Shown here: positions 1 to 11,874 of the stretch, in pieces
Position numbering within the stretch: the first letter of the stretch is position 1
How the letters are laid out: each line of letters starts with the position of its first letter
Assembly: GCA_013265495.1 (NCBI GenBank)
Contig: MU058153.1
Span: 560,001 to 624,000, forward strand
Origin: Vicugna vicugna
Taxonomy: Eukaryota
Length of the DNA: 64,000 nucleotides
Reading direction: 5' to 3'
Notes under the pieces: generated by a model
Seen by the model: only the letters and a program-made list of their open reading frames with translations
Databases searched by the model: none
Told to the model about the DNA's origin: nothing
Translations under genes and position numbers: made by a program

Positions 1-1040
1 CCTCCTGGGCCCAGGGTCCCACCGCTTTGGGGAATAAATGTGTTACTGTGTTGAATGTATGTGTTAATGTGTATATGTGAGTGTGTGTGTGTACACTCAA
101 CAGTGCGGTATATGGAAGGAAATGTACAGAAAGGAATACACTGAAAAGATGATAAGGGAAAAGAAAGAAAGGCAATGTGATTTAAAAAAAAAGTCTTATT
201 GACCCTTTTTCTTATATAGTCTATTCCTAAGAGTCTTGGTGTACAGAAATATTGACTTTTAGGGATATCACTGATTTTTTAACTTTAATTTAGGAACAAT
301 AAATATTTCTAATTTAATTTTAACCTAGAAGTTAGTGCCTTGGTTATTGGGAATAGCTCTTAGGCTGTTACGTTTGCAACTCAATGAAATCATTTATCTT
401 CATAACAATCTTTTAAAAGGTTGAATTGTATTTTGTATAGTCTGAAACCCAAGTAAATATTGAATACATGTTTGAAATATTCATATCCAAAACTTATATT
501 CTTTTTGGCCTCAGTTCTTAAAGGTATAAATCCTTAGTTACCCCAAATCATGTGCTTACCCCACATGCACTTTTACCAGAGTTGGCTTCAGAGGTTACAT
601 AGCCTTAAGAAATAAATAACTATGAAATTTCTGCTCTCCACCTGTAAAAATAAATGCTGCATTTGAACAGGATTTCTAAAAGAGAAGCTCTTAGAAATCA
701 CAAAATTAACGCAATACTTTGTGGAAAAGAGCTATTTTCAGTACCACTGGCCTTTTAGTCTTTAGAGGCAAAAGAAAGGAATGTGAAATGGAAAAGAAAA
801 CAGTTTGCATTTGCTGTGAAATTTCTCATTCCTCAGGGCATGATGGACCCAGGATTGCCTCTTTCTTCATTCCCCTGTCCTTTATCTTTTAGTAGAATGT
901 GACATCTGCCTCTTTTAGATTAAAGTCTTCCTGGACTTTTGTCCCTCACCTCACTTCTCTGCTTAACACCTTTTGTATTGCTTTCCCCACTCTCATTTTA
1001 ATATAAATTGCCTCACTGGTAATGAAATACATTTCTTCAG

Positions 1041-1647
1041 ATCCAAGGGAGACTCACCTTAAGCAATTGTTTTTCCCTCCTTGGTGCCCTCCTTCTGTGG
1101 AAGCACTGATGTGCAATTAAACGTTAACAGAGAGCCTCAACATTAACCAGACTAAAATCTAATAGAAGGAATAGAAGGGGGTTATTCCACAGTTAAGGAG
1201 GGCAGTTGCCTTTTGGCACATCGAGTGTTGCTCTGAGTATGGATAGGGTGCTCTCAAATGAGAAAAAGCTGAACATTTGCAGTTATGGTAAAGCCACTGA
1301 GTGGCATTAGAGACAATAGACCTTGACTAGGATAGATAGTGGGTTCCCAGCAGGCCACGCCAAGGCATATGACACCACAATTGGTCAAAAATCTCAGAGT
1401 TTTCCAGATGGTTCTGACAACTGTCAATTTCAATTCTGTATGTTCGGAGAAATCACCTAACTTTTCCACTCTGGGTTGAGAAATTCTGCTTTCTGACACT
1501 TACTCCTGAGATTCAGTTTGGTCTGTCCTCTTCAATGGTTTTATACCGCGCCACGGAAAAGTAGTAGATGTGAAAATACTTAGCAACAAGCTTCTCTCCC
1601 TCACTTGTCCACCTCCTCTTCCTGTCCCTCCTGAGAAATATGACCAG
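1041..1647 (+). pseudogene. Pseudo-exon (large, heavily disabled)
   Basis: ttcttcag acceptor at 1039-1040 and CAG|gtgatg at 1647/1648. One frame reads GTSSVALSMDRVLSNEKKLNICSYGKATEWH*RQ*TLTRIDSGFPAGHAKAYDTTIGQKSQSFPDGSDNCQFQFCMF; the DNCQ motif recurs at 16667-16690. Confidence 0.5.
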
Positions 1648-2677
1648 GTGATGCGGTGCTGCCGTGAATCTGCTCATGTAAACACAGTAGCATTCTGTCT
1701 TCACTACAGCGCAGGCTGTTTACTAGATCATTGAAACACATGATCTCGAGAAAGAGAACCTTTTGTTAGTGCTCAAGGAGTCTGGAAGCTCCCTTTGTGC
1801 ATGTGTGGGTGGCTTTGTGTCTCTTGCTGTCAGTTTAAATGTGGACCTTAGCCTAGTGCTCAACACATAATAGTTATTAATAAATATTTGTTGGAAGAAT
1901 GAAGAAAAGGATGAGAACTCAATGGGTTGTTAAGTTGAAGAGAAATGTCATTTTGCATATGCTTTTCCTGAAACCCTATGGCACATTAATCACGGAGGTA
2001 AGCAAAAACTTCATTTCCTGGGTAACTTCAGATAGCACATGAGCACATCTTGGATTGTGGCCCGCACGCAAACACGCTGTTGAGAGAACAGGTCAGAATT
2101 CAGAAAATTGGCATAGTAGATTTAACCCATTTTACTATTAGTAATTGAAGTCCCTTTTCCCTTCCTTATTTTTTTTTGTTGAAAATTAATTGCTTCTCTT
2201 CTTCCTTTTATCTCTGTTATTCCCTTAAGACCAGTGATTTTGTCTGTCCGCCTACCTCTCTATCTATATTTATCTATTAGAAAACTGTAAATTATAGTAC
2301 AGTATAAGAAAAATATTTAAATCACTCTTAATCCCATTACTTGAATGAACTAGTAGTTTTATTAATTCTTTATATGTATATCTTTTTCTGTGTATATGTA
2401 TGTATTTTGTATATTATATGCACATATCTAATTATTTTAAAATTTACGATTAGCATTTTTTACGTCACTTTACAGATACGCATTGGAGGATAGGTAATAT
2501 GCTCCTTTATAGGTATAGTAATTTATTTTACCATCATTTTTGGTCATTTTAAGTATACCCAATTTTTAGCCGTTATAAAATTATATGATCGTTATTCCTG
2601 TTGGAGTTAAGATAATTACCTCCTGGGGGCCAACATTTACAGTCTGGTCATTAGTTAGAGAAAATCTCTTTTTGCAG

Positions 2678-2871
2678 AGCTGAGACTTGCATGTCACCTA
2701 CCTCGGTTAATCTGCCGGCCCCATTGTGGACATCTGGGCAACCTGGAAGGCTGCAAGGCATCTCAGCGCGGTTATTCCTTTCTTCTACCAGAAAGCCTCA
2801 ATTAGTGCAGAGAAGCAAGGACAGGAAAGTGACATACTTGATTCCTAGCAGATTCACTCCCCTGTGGCCAG
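2678..2871 (+). pseudogene. Candidate pseudo-exon
   Basis: ctctttttgcag acceptor, GC-richer coding-like composition, CCAG|gcaaag (GC or decayed donor); reading frame ambiguous. Confidence 0.35.
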
Positions 2872-3129
2872 GCAAAGAGAAGGAAATGAAAGAAGAGTGC
2901 AATGGGTGTTTATATTATAATTCTTCTGGGAATTCAGTCCGTTTTTAGAGTCTAAAAATGTTATTTGCTTTCTTTACAGAGTAAATTTCTTCAGTAGGAG
3001 AAAATTTTACACAAATAAAATGAATGCTAATCTTCTTATTGTTAGAATTCTATGACATCTGATATGGTTCGGAATATTGTATTAAAATAAAATGCCAAAT
3101 TGTAGACTAATTTCTCTATCTGACATACA

Positions 3130-3535
3130 AAAGACTTCACAGTCTGATCCAAACTTCCCTATTCAACATCTTCTCTTAAAAAAATCTGTCCAAACCCCAC
3201 ACTAAATTTCCTAATAGTCTTGAAATCACCTTGCTCATATCTAGGTATTTTTGTATATTATTCTTTCTGCCTAGGATGTGCTTCTTCCTTGTCATCTGGT
3301 AAATTCATGACACCACAGACATGGAGGCAAAACTCATTTCTCCCTCTTCTCTGCTACTCATTTCATACTTTGACTATAATGTGTGTGTATAATTGTGATG
3401 TATCAGTTTGACTGTCTTTCTGCCCCCAGATCTGGTTCAAGCGGTAACTGTGTTATCCTAATATTTCATATGATAATCGATGTATGTGAGGCATATCACT
3501 CAAACGTCTGTGGGAGGAATGAATGGATGGATGAA
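3130..3535 (+). mobile_element. L2 LINE 3' remnant
   Basis: Degenerate L2 3' sequence ending gaatgaatggatggatgaa. Confidence 0.55.
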
Positions 3536-3648
3536 ACCCACACTGAATATTGGCCTTGCTGATTTAGCATAGCAAATGATTCTTCAGAAGCTGTGTATGT
3601 CTTTGCCTTATATCGTAGCCTTAAAGTGCACTTTCATGCATTTCCCAG

Positions 3649-3756
3649 GTACCCCATTCTATATCTAGTCGCAGTAGTTCAGGCTAAAGTTGATGCTTCG
3701 AGGAGGTATATGTCCTCCATTTCCAAACAGAACCTTTGCTGGTAATAGGAACTTAG
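3649..3756 (+). pseudogene. Pseudo-exon, 108 nt, phase 1-1
   Basis: tttcccag| ... TTAG|gtatgt; reads TPFYI*SQ*FRLKLMLRGGICPPFPNRTFAGNRNL with two TAG stops. Confidence 0.5.
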
Positions 3757-3814
3757 GTATGTCATAATTCTTGATTTCCTATTGATAACTGGCATTAGGA
3801 TTTTTCTTACTTTC

Positions 3815-4390
3815 TTCTATTTAATTATGAAGATGTTCTAAATGTAGGACAATAGTAGATATTTAACCCCATCACCTACTAGCTGTTTTTTTCACCATAT
3901 TTGCTATACTATTTGCTTTCCTGGGATATTTTAAAGTAAACTACATATATCAAACTATTTTAATCCTAAATATTTTCATATGAATCTTTTCAAAATAGAG
4001 ATATTTTCCTGTATAATTGCAATGATATTATTCCAGAACATACAAACAAAAAACCAATTTCTCAGAATGATCTAATGCCCTGTCCATATTCAGTTCCCTC
4101 TAGGTATCTCAACAATGTATTTAACTGTTGGTTTATTTGAACTAGGATTCACCAAATGTCTACACATTGCATTTAGTTGTGCCCAGTCTTTATTACTTTG
4201 GGGCAGTCTTCCTTTTTTTTTTCTTCTTCTTCTTTTTTTTTTTTGGTCTTGAGATTATATTAGTTGTCTTCCATCTAAGTTTATATGATTATTTCTTCTT
4301 CATGTCATTTACCTTGTTTCTCTAACCCTTTATAATCCATTAACGGTCTAGAAGTTAAATCTATGGCATGATTATATGCAACTTAAACAT
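3815..4390 (-). mobile_element. Old L1 (L1MC/ME-type) 3' UTR remnant
   Basis: Recalled similarity to the L1MC-type 3' region; highly diverged. Confidence 0.4.
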
Positions 4391-4920
4391 GTAGGGTAAG
4401 TTTTTTTCAGTCCTATTAAATAAATAGTTATTGCTACATTTTCTTCTCCTGAATAATATGCATAAAATTGGTATATCCTCATGTCTGATATAAGATTATA
4501 CAACAGGGGCTCATAGTATCTCACAGGGTGAATATTCTGGTGCATCTGGTGATACTGTAGATTGCTCAGGTGTAGGATAACACAATAGAAAGGAAAATGA
4601 GACTAAAAATAGCAATCCAAAACTTAGGTGTATGAGCTGCTGGCTCCAGGGAATTCCATTAATTAAGGAGGGCCATACAGACGGTTCAAAGCAGTTCAAA
4701 TCCAAAGTGTAGGCCGTTCAAGGAAGTCATCAAGATCACGTAGATAAACAAGGGATCCAGATGATGCTATTAATACTCTGTGTTGACTACTTCAGTTGAC
4801 AAATGCTGGGGTTATAAGGTTGGACTACAGGCAAAAGGAAGTTAACGGCACGGTACTGACTATGGCTTCTGACTGACATAGTGAGCAAAATATTGGTATA
4901 AAAGTGCATACACCGTGTTC

Positions 4921-5010
4921 ATCTTTATTTTAGGGGAGGTACTAGGAATTGAACCCAGGACCTTGTGCATGCTAAGCATGAGGTCTACCATTTTGAGCTA
5001 CACCCTCCCC
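4921..5010 (-). mobile_element. tRNA-derived SINE, camelid vic-1 type
   Basis: Reverse complement ggggagggtgtagctcaaaatggtagacctcatgcttagcatgcacaaggtcctgggttcaattcctagtacctcc plus A-rich tail; pol III A and B boxes; homologous to the copy at 50386. Confidence 0.85.
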
Positions 5011-5238
5011 ACAACAATGTTCCTCTTTAAATTCTTTTTTAAACTAAAGGAGATATATATTCAGTTTGATACTATCCAACACTCAGAAATAATGTTTTAC
5101 TGAATGCTGGGCAATAGTATAATAAAAGAACATCAAGTAGAAATACGTTTATACATTTATTGAAGGACTGTTTGTTTAAGCACAGAATCTAACCCACAGT
5201 CTTGATTAATGCCTACTACTGCTTGTACATTTTCATAG

Positions 5239-5465
5239 ATCTGTATGTTTGTGGCCTGAGTTTTGAAAAGAAGTTGAGACTGTCATTATTTTTACATTTC
5301 TACACTTTGGAACTTCACACAGTGAAAAGATCATGGGCATTTGGATCCATGGATTCAAGTCTTAGATTGCAACCTGACAAGGGTTATTCTGATGATACTG
5401 TTTTGATAGAGCTATGTAGAAGAAACTGTATAAAAATACAGAACCTTTGTTTTATAACTAAGAAT
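5239..5465 (+). pseudogene. Pseudo-exon, 227 nt, phase 1-0, stop-free
   Basis: ttttcatag| ... AAT|gtaagc; DLYVCGLSFEKKLRLSLFLHFYTLELHTVKRSWAFGSMDSSLRLQPDKGYSDDTVLIELCRRNCIKIQNLCFITKN (lies within ORF 5202..5486). Confidence 0.65.
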
Positions 5466-5694
5466 GTAAGCCGCAGAAAACCCTGACCCTTTCCATATCC
5501 TTAATCCTCACCACAATTACGAATGATACCAATTTTCTAAATTAAAGTTATTAATGATTCAATTTGTTTAACCATTTGATATTTTATAAAAGAATTCACT
5601 ACATTTAGATGTATATACAAGTATGTTTTAAGAAATATATGTGTGTGTGTAGTACACACAATTAAATTCATTGCATTCCTTTTTTAAAATATAG

Positions 5695-5758
5695 GTCCAA
5701 AGAATTTTAATATGTCAAATACAATGTATCGATGCTACTAAAAATGCTGAGAAAATTG
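5695..5758 (+). pseudogene. Pseudo-exon, 64 nt, phase 0-1
   Basis: ttttttaaaatatag| ... G|gtaaaa; VQRILICQIQCIDATKNAEKI is the only open frame and matches the phase of the preceding exon. Confidence 0.6.
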
Positions 5759-6131
5759 GTAAAATGTTTAATTGGGGATTCATTGTGCAGTGTGGATCGA
5801 AGCCTAAGAGATTAAATTATGGTCCAAATAGACTTCAATCACTCCAGATGTCTTCAGTCTATCCCCCACACAATATGGTTGGCCCAGAGAAAAGAGCTTA
5901 ATAAGCTTTCAAAATATTTGTTAAATGGATGGAGTTAGCATAATCATAACTCTATAAAAAGGAAAAAGTATTTTTTTCTTCTTGATTTTTAAATAAAACC
6001 CAGAATAAGCCTTATTACTAGATAGCTAAGTCTATTTAATGATTAAACTAATTTGAGATATAGACCATTAAGTTACAGTTAGTTTTTCAGAGAATGAAAA
6101 ATTTGCTTAGAGTGATTTATGATTCTTTCAG

Positions 6132-6329
6132 GAATGTATTAGATTTGTAAATGTGTGACTCCATGACGTCTTTTTGGGTGCTTTCTTGCAAACAAACCAC
6201 ACATACCTTTCACTCCAGTCTTTTTGACCACCTATCATCTTTTCCAGCCCTACACTAGCCCAAATTTACCCTAAAGCAGGATGTTAGAAGTACAGTGGGT
6301 ACCAGAGATGGGGTTACTCTCAGAAATGG
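6132..6329 (+). pseudogene. Pseudo-exon, 198 nt
   Basis: ttctttcag| ... GG|gtaaga; length divisible by 3; stops in all frames. Confidence 0.45.
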
Positions 6330-7580
6330 GTAAGAATATTGTTTCTCCAACTTCATAGTAATTTTTTTGAACTTAAAAGTTTAATAGTTTATAGGTTGGG
6401 TAATATTAAAAGGCCTAGTTGTTAAAATTAGCCCTTTCAAACAGGATATGCCAAACAATCCTGCTTCTGAAATAACCTGCTGAATAAGAAGACTGATTCA
6501 AAATGCACATACCAGGAATATATGACATGAAGCATCTCATGAATCCATCTAACCTTTAATTTTTTCATAGTTCAAAGGGCAAAATTATTCTCAAAAAACA
6601 TTAGTCTCAGGTGTTTGTGGTGGGAATTAAATAACAGTACGAGCTTAATGCATGTCTTTCTTCCCTTCATTCACTGCTACTTGGCGACCTCTCGTTTTGT
6701 ACAAACCAAATACAGCACTTCCAACCTGTCCCAGTCAGACGTGCAAGCTCTTGTCAATTTCTGTCTGTGTTTCCATGGAAATCAGTGAGGCAGGAGTTAA
6801 ATACATCTGGCTTGGCCAGCAAGGTCTTTGAAAGGGCTCGGGTCAACAGGAGCTCAGCTGAACAGGAGCTCAGCAAAGTTCTGATATGTTCTTGGTGTAT
6901 TTTTTTCTCATAAATATTTGTAACTGTTTATGCTTCGTTAGTTTAGAAAAAAATCTCTTTGAAGAGGATTCAGTTTCAGTAATCTATAATGACAGGAATT
7001 ATCCTCACTTGATAATCTGGATGATTTGGAAGGCAGGGGATAGTATGATTTCTTCCCTTTTGCTTAGATTGTCTTTTCTCAGCTAATCTCAAGATTAGCA
7101 TCACGTGATTGTGATGCAGGGTGGGTTTCCACATATCAGACAACATGGATTTTACTTTCCACATACAAAACTTGCCTTTGACTCACCGTATTTTTCAAGA
7201 AAATAAACACCAGGGTTTCTCTGTATGTTTAGACATTGGAATATGGCTCCTTAATATAAAGAAAATCAGAAAACCCATATTTGAAGATTTTGGAGAGTTT
7301 TTATTTTGTGCCTAAATCTATCTTCCTGTAGGTCTGAGAGGGAGTTTCCAAAATAGCCTGGCAGCTGAATCAAATGTAATAAATTGTTTTGGACATTTTA
7401 TCAGCAACTGTTCCCAAGAGTGATTGTTAATATGACATGATCCCTGCCCAGATTTCAGGGCTTGAAATAAGATGGTGGTGGCAGGTAAGATAAATTTAAT
7501 ATATCAAAGAGGCTGAGAACCTTTTGAGAAACTATATATAGTGAAAATAGGTTTTATTTTTAATTTTATTTATTTTGTAG

Positions 7581-7651
7581 CCGCAGGGAAATATTCATCT
7601 TTCTCAGCAAGGCAGATTCCATCAGGGTCAAGAACGAGCACAAACGTTTTA
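7581..7651 (+). pseudogene. Pseudo-exon, 71 nt, phase 1-0
   Basis: tttattttgtag| ... TTA|gtaaat; AGKYSSFSARQIPSGSRTSTNVL. Confidence 0.5.
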
Positions 7652-7989
7652 GTAAATGAGTAGTGGGGCTGACATTCTTCCCTCTAATGGAAGTTAAGAC
7701 AGGAAGGGACAGCAGCAGGACAGTTGCCCAAAGAAAATTTATTCTTATTTTAATCTAAATAATGTGGAGTTACCTGGGCAGTCTTACTAAAAATTATACC
7801 AGATGAGGTTTTTATATGTGATTTCAAAAAAGTGCTTTCTATTTTAGTGTGAGTAGTAAGTCCATAGAGATGCTTTTCCTTCTTAATGACTTGTATTGAG
7901 GAATGACTGTCTCTGGAAAAAAAAAATAATCAAACGATTTGTTGAATAAATCAAAACGTGTTTTCTATATATTTACGTCTCTATTGAGA

Positions 7990-8650
7990 GCTGAAATCCT
8001 CATCTCTCTTAATTAGTCTCTTTGCACCTAGGTCTTCTTCCTTTGCAAATCCATCCTCCACAGTATTTGAAGAACAAGCCATCAAAAAACACACATGGAA
8101 TCGTGTCACTCTCCTGCTGTGAACTTTCCTCTGCATGTTCATCATTTCCAGGAAGGAATCTTAAGTTCCTTAACCAGGATCTCACAACTCCATGACTCAG
8201 ATATTTCCTTCCTCTTCAACCTCATCTTCCACACACTCTTCTTATATCCGAAGTATGTCAACTCTACCCAAGACTAATGCAGTTAATGATCCAGCCTGAA
8301 TCCTGACCCCGTCCTCTTATCTCCAGCTTATGGTCCCCATCCTCTATCCACACCCTGTTTTTAAAATCTCGATAAATTGACTTTGATCTCACTTGTTACT
8401 TCTAACATTTTCCCATACACAACTCACTCACACAGTAGGTTGGACTTCATGTTCTACTGTACCTCTGTAACACTCTGTAAAACTCTAAATCACTACATTA
8501 TACTAACGTTATCTTTTTTCCTATGAATTTACCTCTCACCAGAGTGCAGATTCTATAACAAAGAGCTTATTTATCATGTTGTATTGAGTTCTTAGATTTT
8601 TGCTTAGCATAAATTGATGCTCAACTAATATTTCTTGAACAAAAATGAAC
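7990..8650 (+). mobile_element. L2 LINE 3' remnant
   Basis: Typical L2 motifs (aatccatcctccacag, tgtcactctcctgct) and 3' end tgctcaactaatatttcttgaa. Confidence 0.65.
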
Positions 8651-8928
8651 TAAAGTTCTGGAGGAGGGGATGTTCTACATTCAGGTGACCTCTGGAGAAA
8701 AATGCATGTTGGAATAGAGAATAAGAAAAAATCCTTTTAAAAACTAGTCAAATTTCTCTGCTAAGAAAACTCAGGCTTAACGGGTCTGCCTACATATGGT
8801 TTCTTACAATAGATACTTAGAATGTAGGGAAAAAAATGCCTCCCGGAACAGATAATAGAAAGAGGATGGCTTTTAAAGCCTACAAGCGCTGTGGATTCTA
8901 TCACCTTCCCCTTCTTTGGCTCCCACAG

Positions 8929-9084
8929 GGAATTTTGGATGAACTATCCCTGCCCTTAGGTAGAGAGAGTTTTCCATATGTTTCACTGGCACGGCCATTC
9001 ATGATTGCTCTCTGACCAGCACGGGATGATGATTCATCACAACCTAAAGTGTTCAGAGCCTCAGCTGAAAAGATCATTCCCAAG
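8929..9084 (+). pseudogene. Pseudo-exon, 156 nt, phase 0-0
   Basis: Strong pyrimidine tract ending ctcccacag| ... AAG|gtgtta; GILDELSLPLGRESFPYVSLARPFMIAL*PARDDDSSQPKVFRASAEKIIPK with a single TGA stop. Confidence 0.6.
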
Positions 9085-9264
9085 GTGTTATTTAGAACCT
9101 AGGATTCATTTAGTTTAGAGAAACTAAACACCATCATCTAATTCAGTTTGGGGGAGGAGGACTCAGTTATTCTGCCTCTTGATTGCCTGTCTCTTGGTAA
9201 GGATTTGATATAAAGAGATGCTGAATGTCTGGGCATTTTTATGAGATTTTTTTTTTCCAAACAG

Positions 9265-9928
9265 GTGTTCTGTTAAACTCTTTATGGGAGTGAGAGGGCT
9301 GGCACAAAGGCGAGCGGAGGGAAAGGGAGGTTTTAGAAAGAGCTGAAAGGCAAACAGATTGGACTTTGATTGTTCTGGATAGAGTGACAGAAAGAATAAT
9401 GGGTGAATCTCATTCTGTTTGGTTGGCAATTTATTGGAGTGTAGGATTGTCAAGCTGATTTCAAAGCCCTGAAACAAAGGAGAAAAAACTGGCTATGATG
9501 GGTGCTTAGATATCTCCTATGATTTAAGGCCTGGGGATCTGCGTACCCTGAGAAATTCCTACCAGAAGTGGAGGAAATGCTAACTCAGTGTGAGGATTTG
9601 GCTCACCACCTTGAAAGCAGTTTCTCAAGCACTTTGTAAAATGACTTGGCACATTTGGCTGCAAACTAAGGGAGGAGAATTGCTGTTGGTCCAGAAATCA
9701 GGTTTGTGTAAGAATCTGAATGTCCTGCTGGGATAACTTTCTCCCGGGGCTGATAACCTTTTGAATGAGGGACCATAGCTCATTAAGGCAAATGCGAACC
9801 TGATAGCTGGGAATCCATACGGCAGGGAGGCCTTTGCACGCTTTCCGTGGCTAGTATCGCCGATGTTCAGGGATCAAATACGAGTCGGGCTGCTGAGAAT
9901 AGATGCCTGGGTCACATTTCCAGAGCCT
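9265..9928 (+). pseudogene. Large pseudo-exon ending in a degenerate GCC2/GCC3 (ephrin-receptor-like) Cys repeat
   Basis: ttttttccaaacag|; frame from 9523 reads FKAWGSAYPEKFLPEVEEMLTQCEDLAHHLESSFSSTL*NDLAHLAAN*GRRIAVGPEIRFV*ESECPAGITFSRG**PFE*GTIAH*GKCEP...QGSNTSRAAENRC; 3' boundary uncertain (9910 or 9928). Confidence 0.6.
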
Positions 9929-10184
9929 GTATCTAGTGTTTAAAGAAAACAGTCTAAAAAAGAAAATATATGTACAGTATGTATGGGTATATGTATGTAT
10001 ATGTAAGATGCAAACATACACGTACAGATACAATGGCAGTGACTCTTCTCCTTCATTTCACATGTGAAGACTTTAAAACTCAGAAGTGTTAAATAGGTTA
10101 TAAAATTATAATGCAGAGCTAAGATTTAAGCTTACATGTATCTGATTCAACAGTTATAATCTTTCCATTGTGTGTAGCTGAGCT

Positions 10185-10360
10185 TCCCAAATACTGCTTG
10201 GCTGTCTATCTGGGAACTTCCTTTAAACAGTATAGCTTATTCGACTTACTCCTCTGCCTTGTCCAATATTCTAATTTAGTAGGTCTTCGGTGAAGGCCCC
10301 AGGCTTGGTAATTTGTAATCATGTCCCAGGAGATACGGATTTTCCTCCAGGTTTGGCTAC
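10185..10360. mobile_element. MER5-like hAT-Charlie MITE remnant
   Basis: cttcccaaa...tctaatttagtaggtct...tcccaggagat...ccaggtttgg resembles the MER5 consensus. Confidence 0.5.
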
Positions 10361-10475
10361 CTCATATCACATCACACAGTAAAGGTAAGGGAACGGGACA
10401 GGAGTGGCGACGTGCAAAGTCATGCTTCTGTACCACGTATGCGTTATGTGACTGTGTGCTGAACTCTCTAGTCAG

Positions 10476-10550
10476 CAAAAGCCTTGCCACCCAATGCATT
10501 ATTCCTGTAATGGCACCGTCCCTGTGTCTTTGGATTACTCAAGACACATT
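10476..10550 (+). pseudogene. Pseudo-exon, start of a second Cys repeat
   Basis: ctctctagtcag|; QKPCHPMHYSCNGTVPVSLDYSRHI resembles the C-x-P-G-x-Y-S-x-x-G-x-x-P-C...D-Y pattern. Confidence 0.45.
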
Positions 10551-10551
10551 G

Positions 10552-11150
10552 TAGTGAGATGTAAAGAACACAGGCTCACAGAAACATGGATTCAAGTGAC
10601 TCTGGCTCTTAACCAGATTATTTTTTAATTAATAAACCATAGAACTTACACAAGTTTCTCAGTCTCTATTAGCTTCATTCCTAAAATGGGCATCATCCAT
10701 TGTACTGGTTTTCTAGGGCTGCCATAACCAAGAACCACAGTCTGAGTGATTTAAACAATGGAAGTTATTGTCTCACTCTTCTGGAGGCCAGAAGTCCAAG
10801 ATCAAAGTGTCAGCAGGACTGGTTTTCTTCGGAAGCCTCTCTCCTGGGCTCGTAGGTGCCTGTCTCCCTCCAGTGTCCTCATATGGTCTTCCCTCTGTGT
10901 GTATCCGTGTCTTGATTTCCTCTTCTTATTAGGATACCAGTCATTTTGGGTTAGGGGCCACCCTGATCACCTCACTTTAATTTAGTTACTTCTTTAAAGA
11001 TCCTATCTTTAAACACAGTTACATTCTGAGGTACTGGGAGTTAGGACTTCAGTATATGAATTTTGGAGGGACACAATGCAGACCATGACATCCATATTCC
11101 ACTTCATTTGAGAGGCTATTTTAAAGAGTGAATTAAACAGCACACATTAA
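10552..11150 (+). mobile_element. MIR SINE split by an MLT1 LTR
   Basis: MIR 5' part and core (aagaacacaggctc ... ctaaaatggg) lie before 10700 and the element continues after 11095. Confidence 0.55.
10701..11090 (-). mobile_element. MaLR solo LTR (MLT1A/B-like)
   Basis: TG...CA termini, 5-bp TSD TCCAT (10696-10700, 11091-11095), canonical MLT1 motifs (ctagggctgccataac, ctggaggccagaagtccaagatcaa). Confidence 0.9.
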
Positions 11151-11549
11151 TTTGGCTTGTAAGCTTAAAGGTATTTATACAGAAGTTAAATTTTATTTAA
11201 AGTTTTAAAATTCTCTTTTAGATTATTATATATTTCAAATTATACTAGTAAAGCACAAATATCAAAATGATATGTCTTTGGCTTAGGTTAAATTATTATT
11301 CCCTTTTGCCAAAGCAGATTATCTTTCTCTACATTCTCTTCCTTGTCTAGAATTAAGGTTAGTTAGCAACCAAACATAGCTGGGTAGAGTAGATGAGAGG
11401 AGTAAGTAATTTAATGTGGTAGTCTAATTTTTATATAATCTCCTAATATAGACATATACACACGTCTTCATATAATTTACCAAGCAGATAAAAGCCTAAC
11501 ATTTCCAGCAGCAACTGTGAAAGTGTCAATGCTCAACAGGCAGGAAAAA

Positions 11550-11785
11550 GTAATAATAGCTTTGCTGAGTGTTTATTTTGAGCCAGGCAGTATTATCATA
11601 AGCATGTAATATTCGACATTATTTAGTTGAATCCTTCCCAAACTTTATGGGTACTATTTTTGTACCCATTTTAAATTGGGAAAAAATAAAGGTCAGTCAG
11701 AGGCATTAAATATTTCCGTAGGTCACAGGAGTAATAGTAGAGCTGAAATTCAGATTTAGTTTTGCCTGATTCCTGAGCCCAAGTT
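11550..11785 (-). mobile_element. MIR SINE
   Basis: cccattttaaattgggaaa ... ggtcacagga...gagctgaaattc MIR core. Confidence 0.65.
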
Positions 11786-11874
11786 TTATCAGCCAAAGGC
11801 ATCATCCTTCACCAGATGTCCCATCATGCAGCTATACTGGGTATTAAATCATGCATTTTTCTATTTGAAATTAG

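Noticed and set aside
4480..4830. HTDGSK, resembling an RNase H motif, in a coding-like stretch
   Set aside because: No other RNase H or pol motifs nearby and stops in all frames; it may be another decayed exon, but boundaries are unsupported.
5239..5758. Faint resemblance to TMEM232 (LRLQP, NVQxIL)
   Set aside because: Spacing does not match and no other exon resembles that protein; treated as coincidence, so no gene symbol is given.
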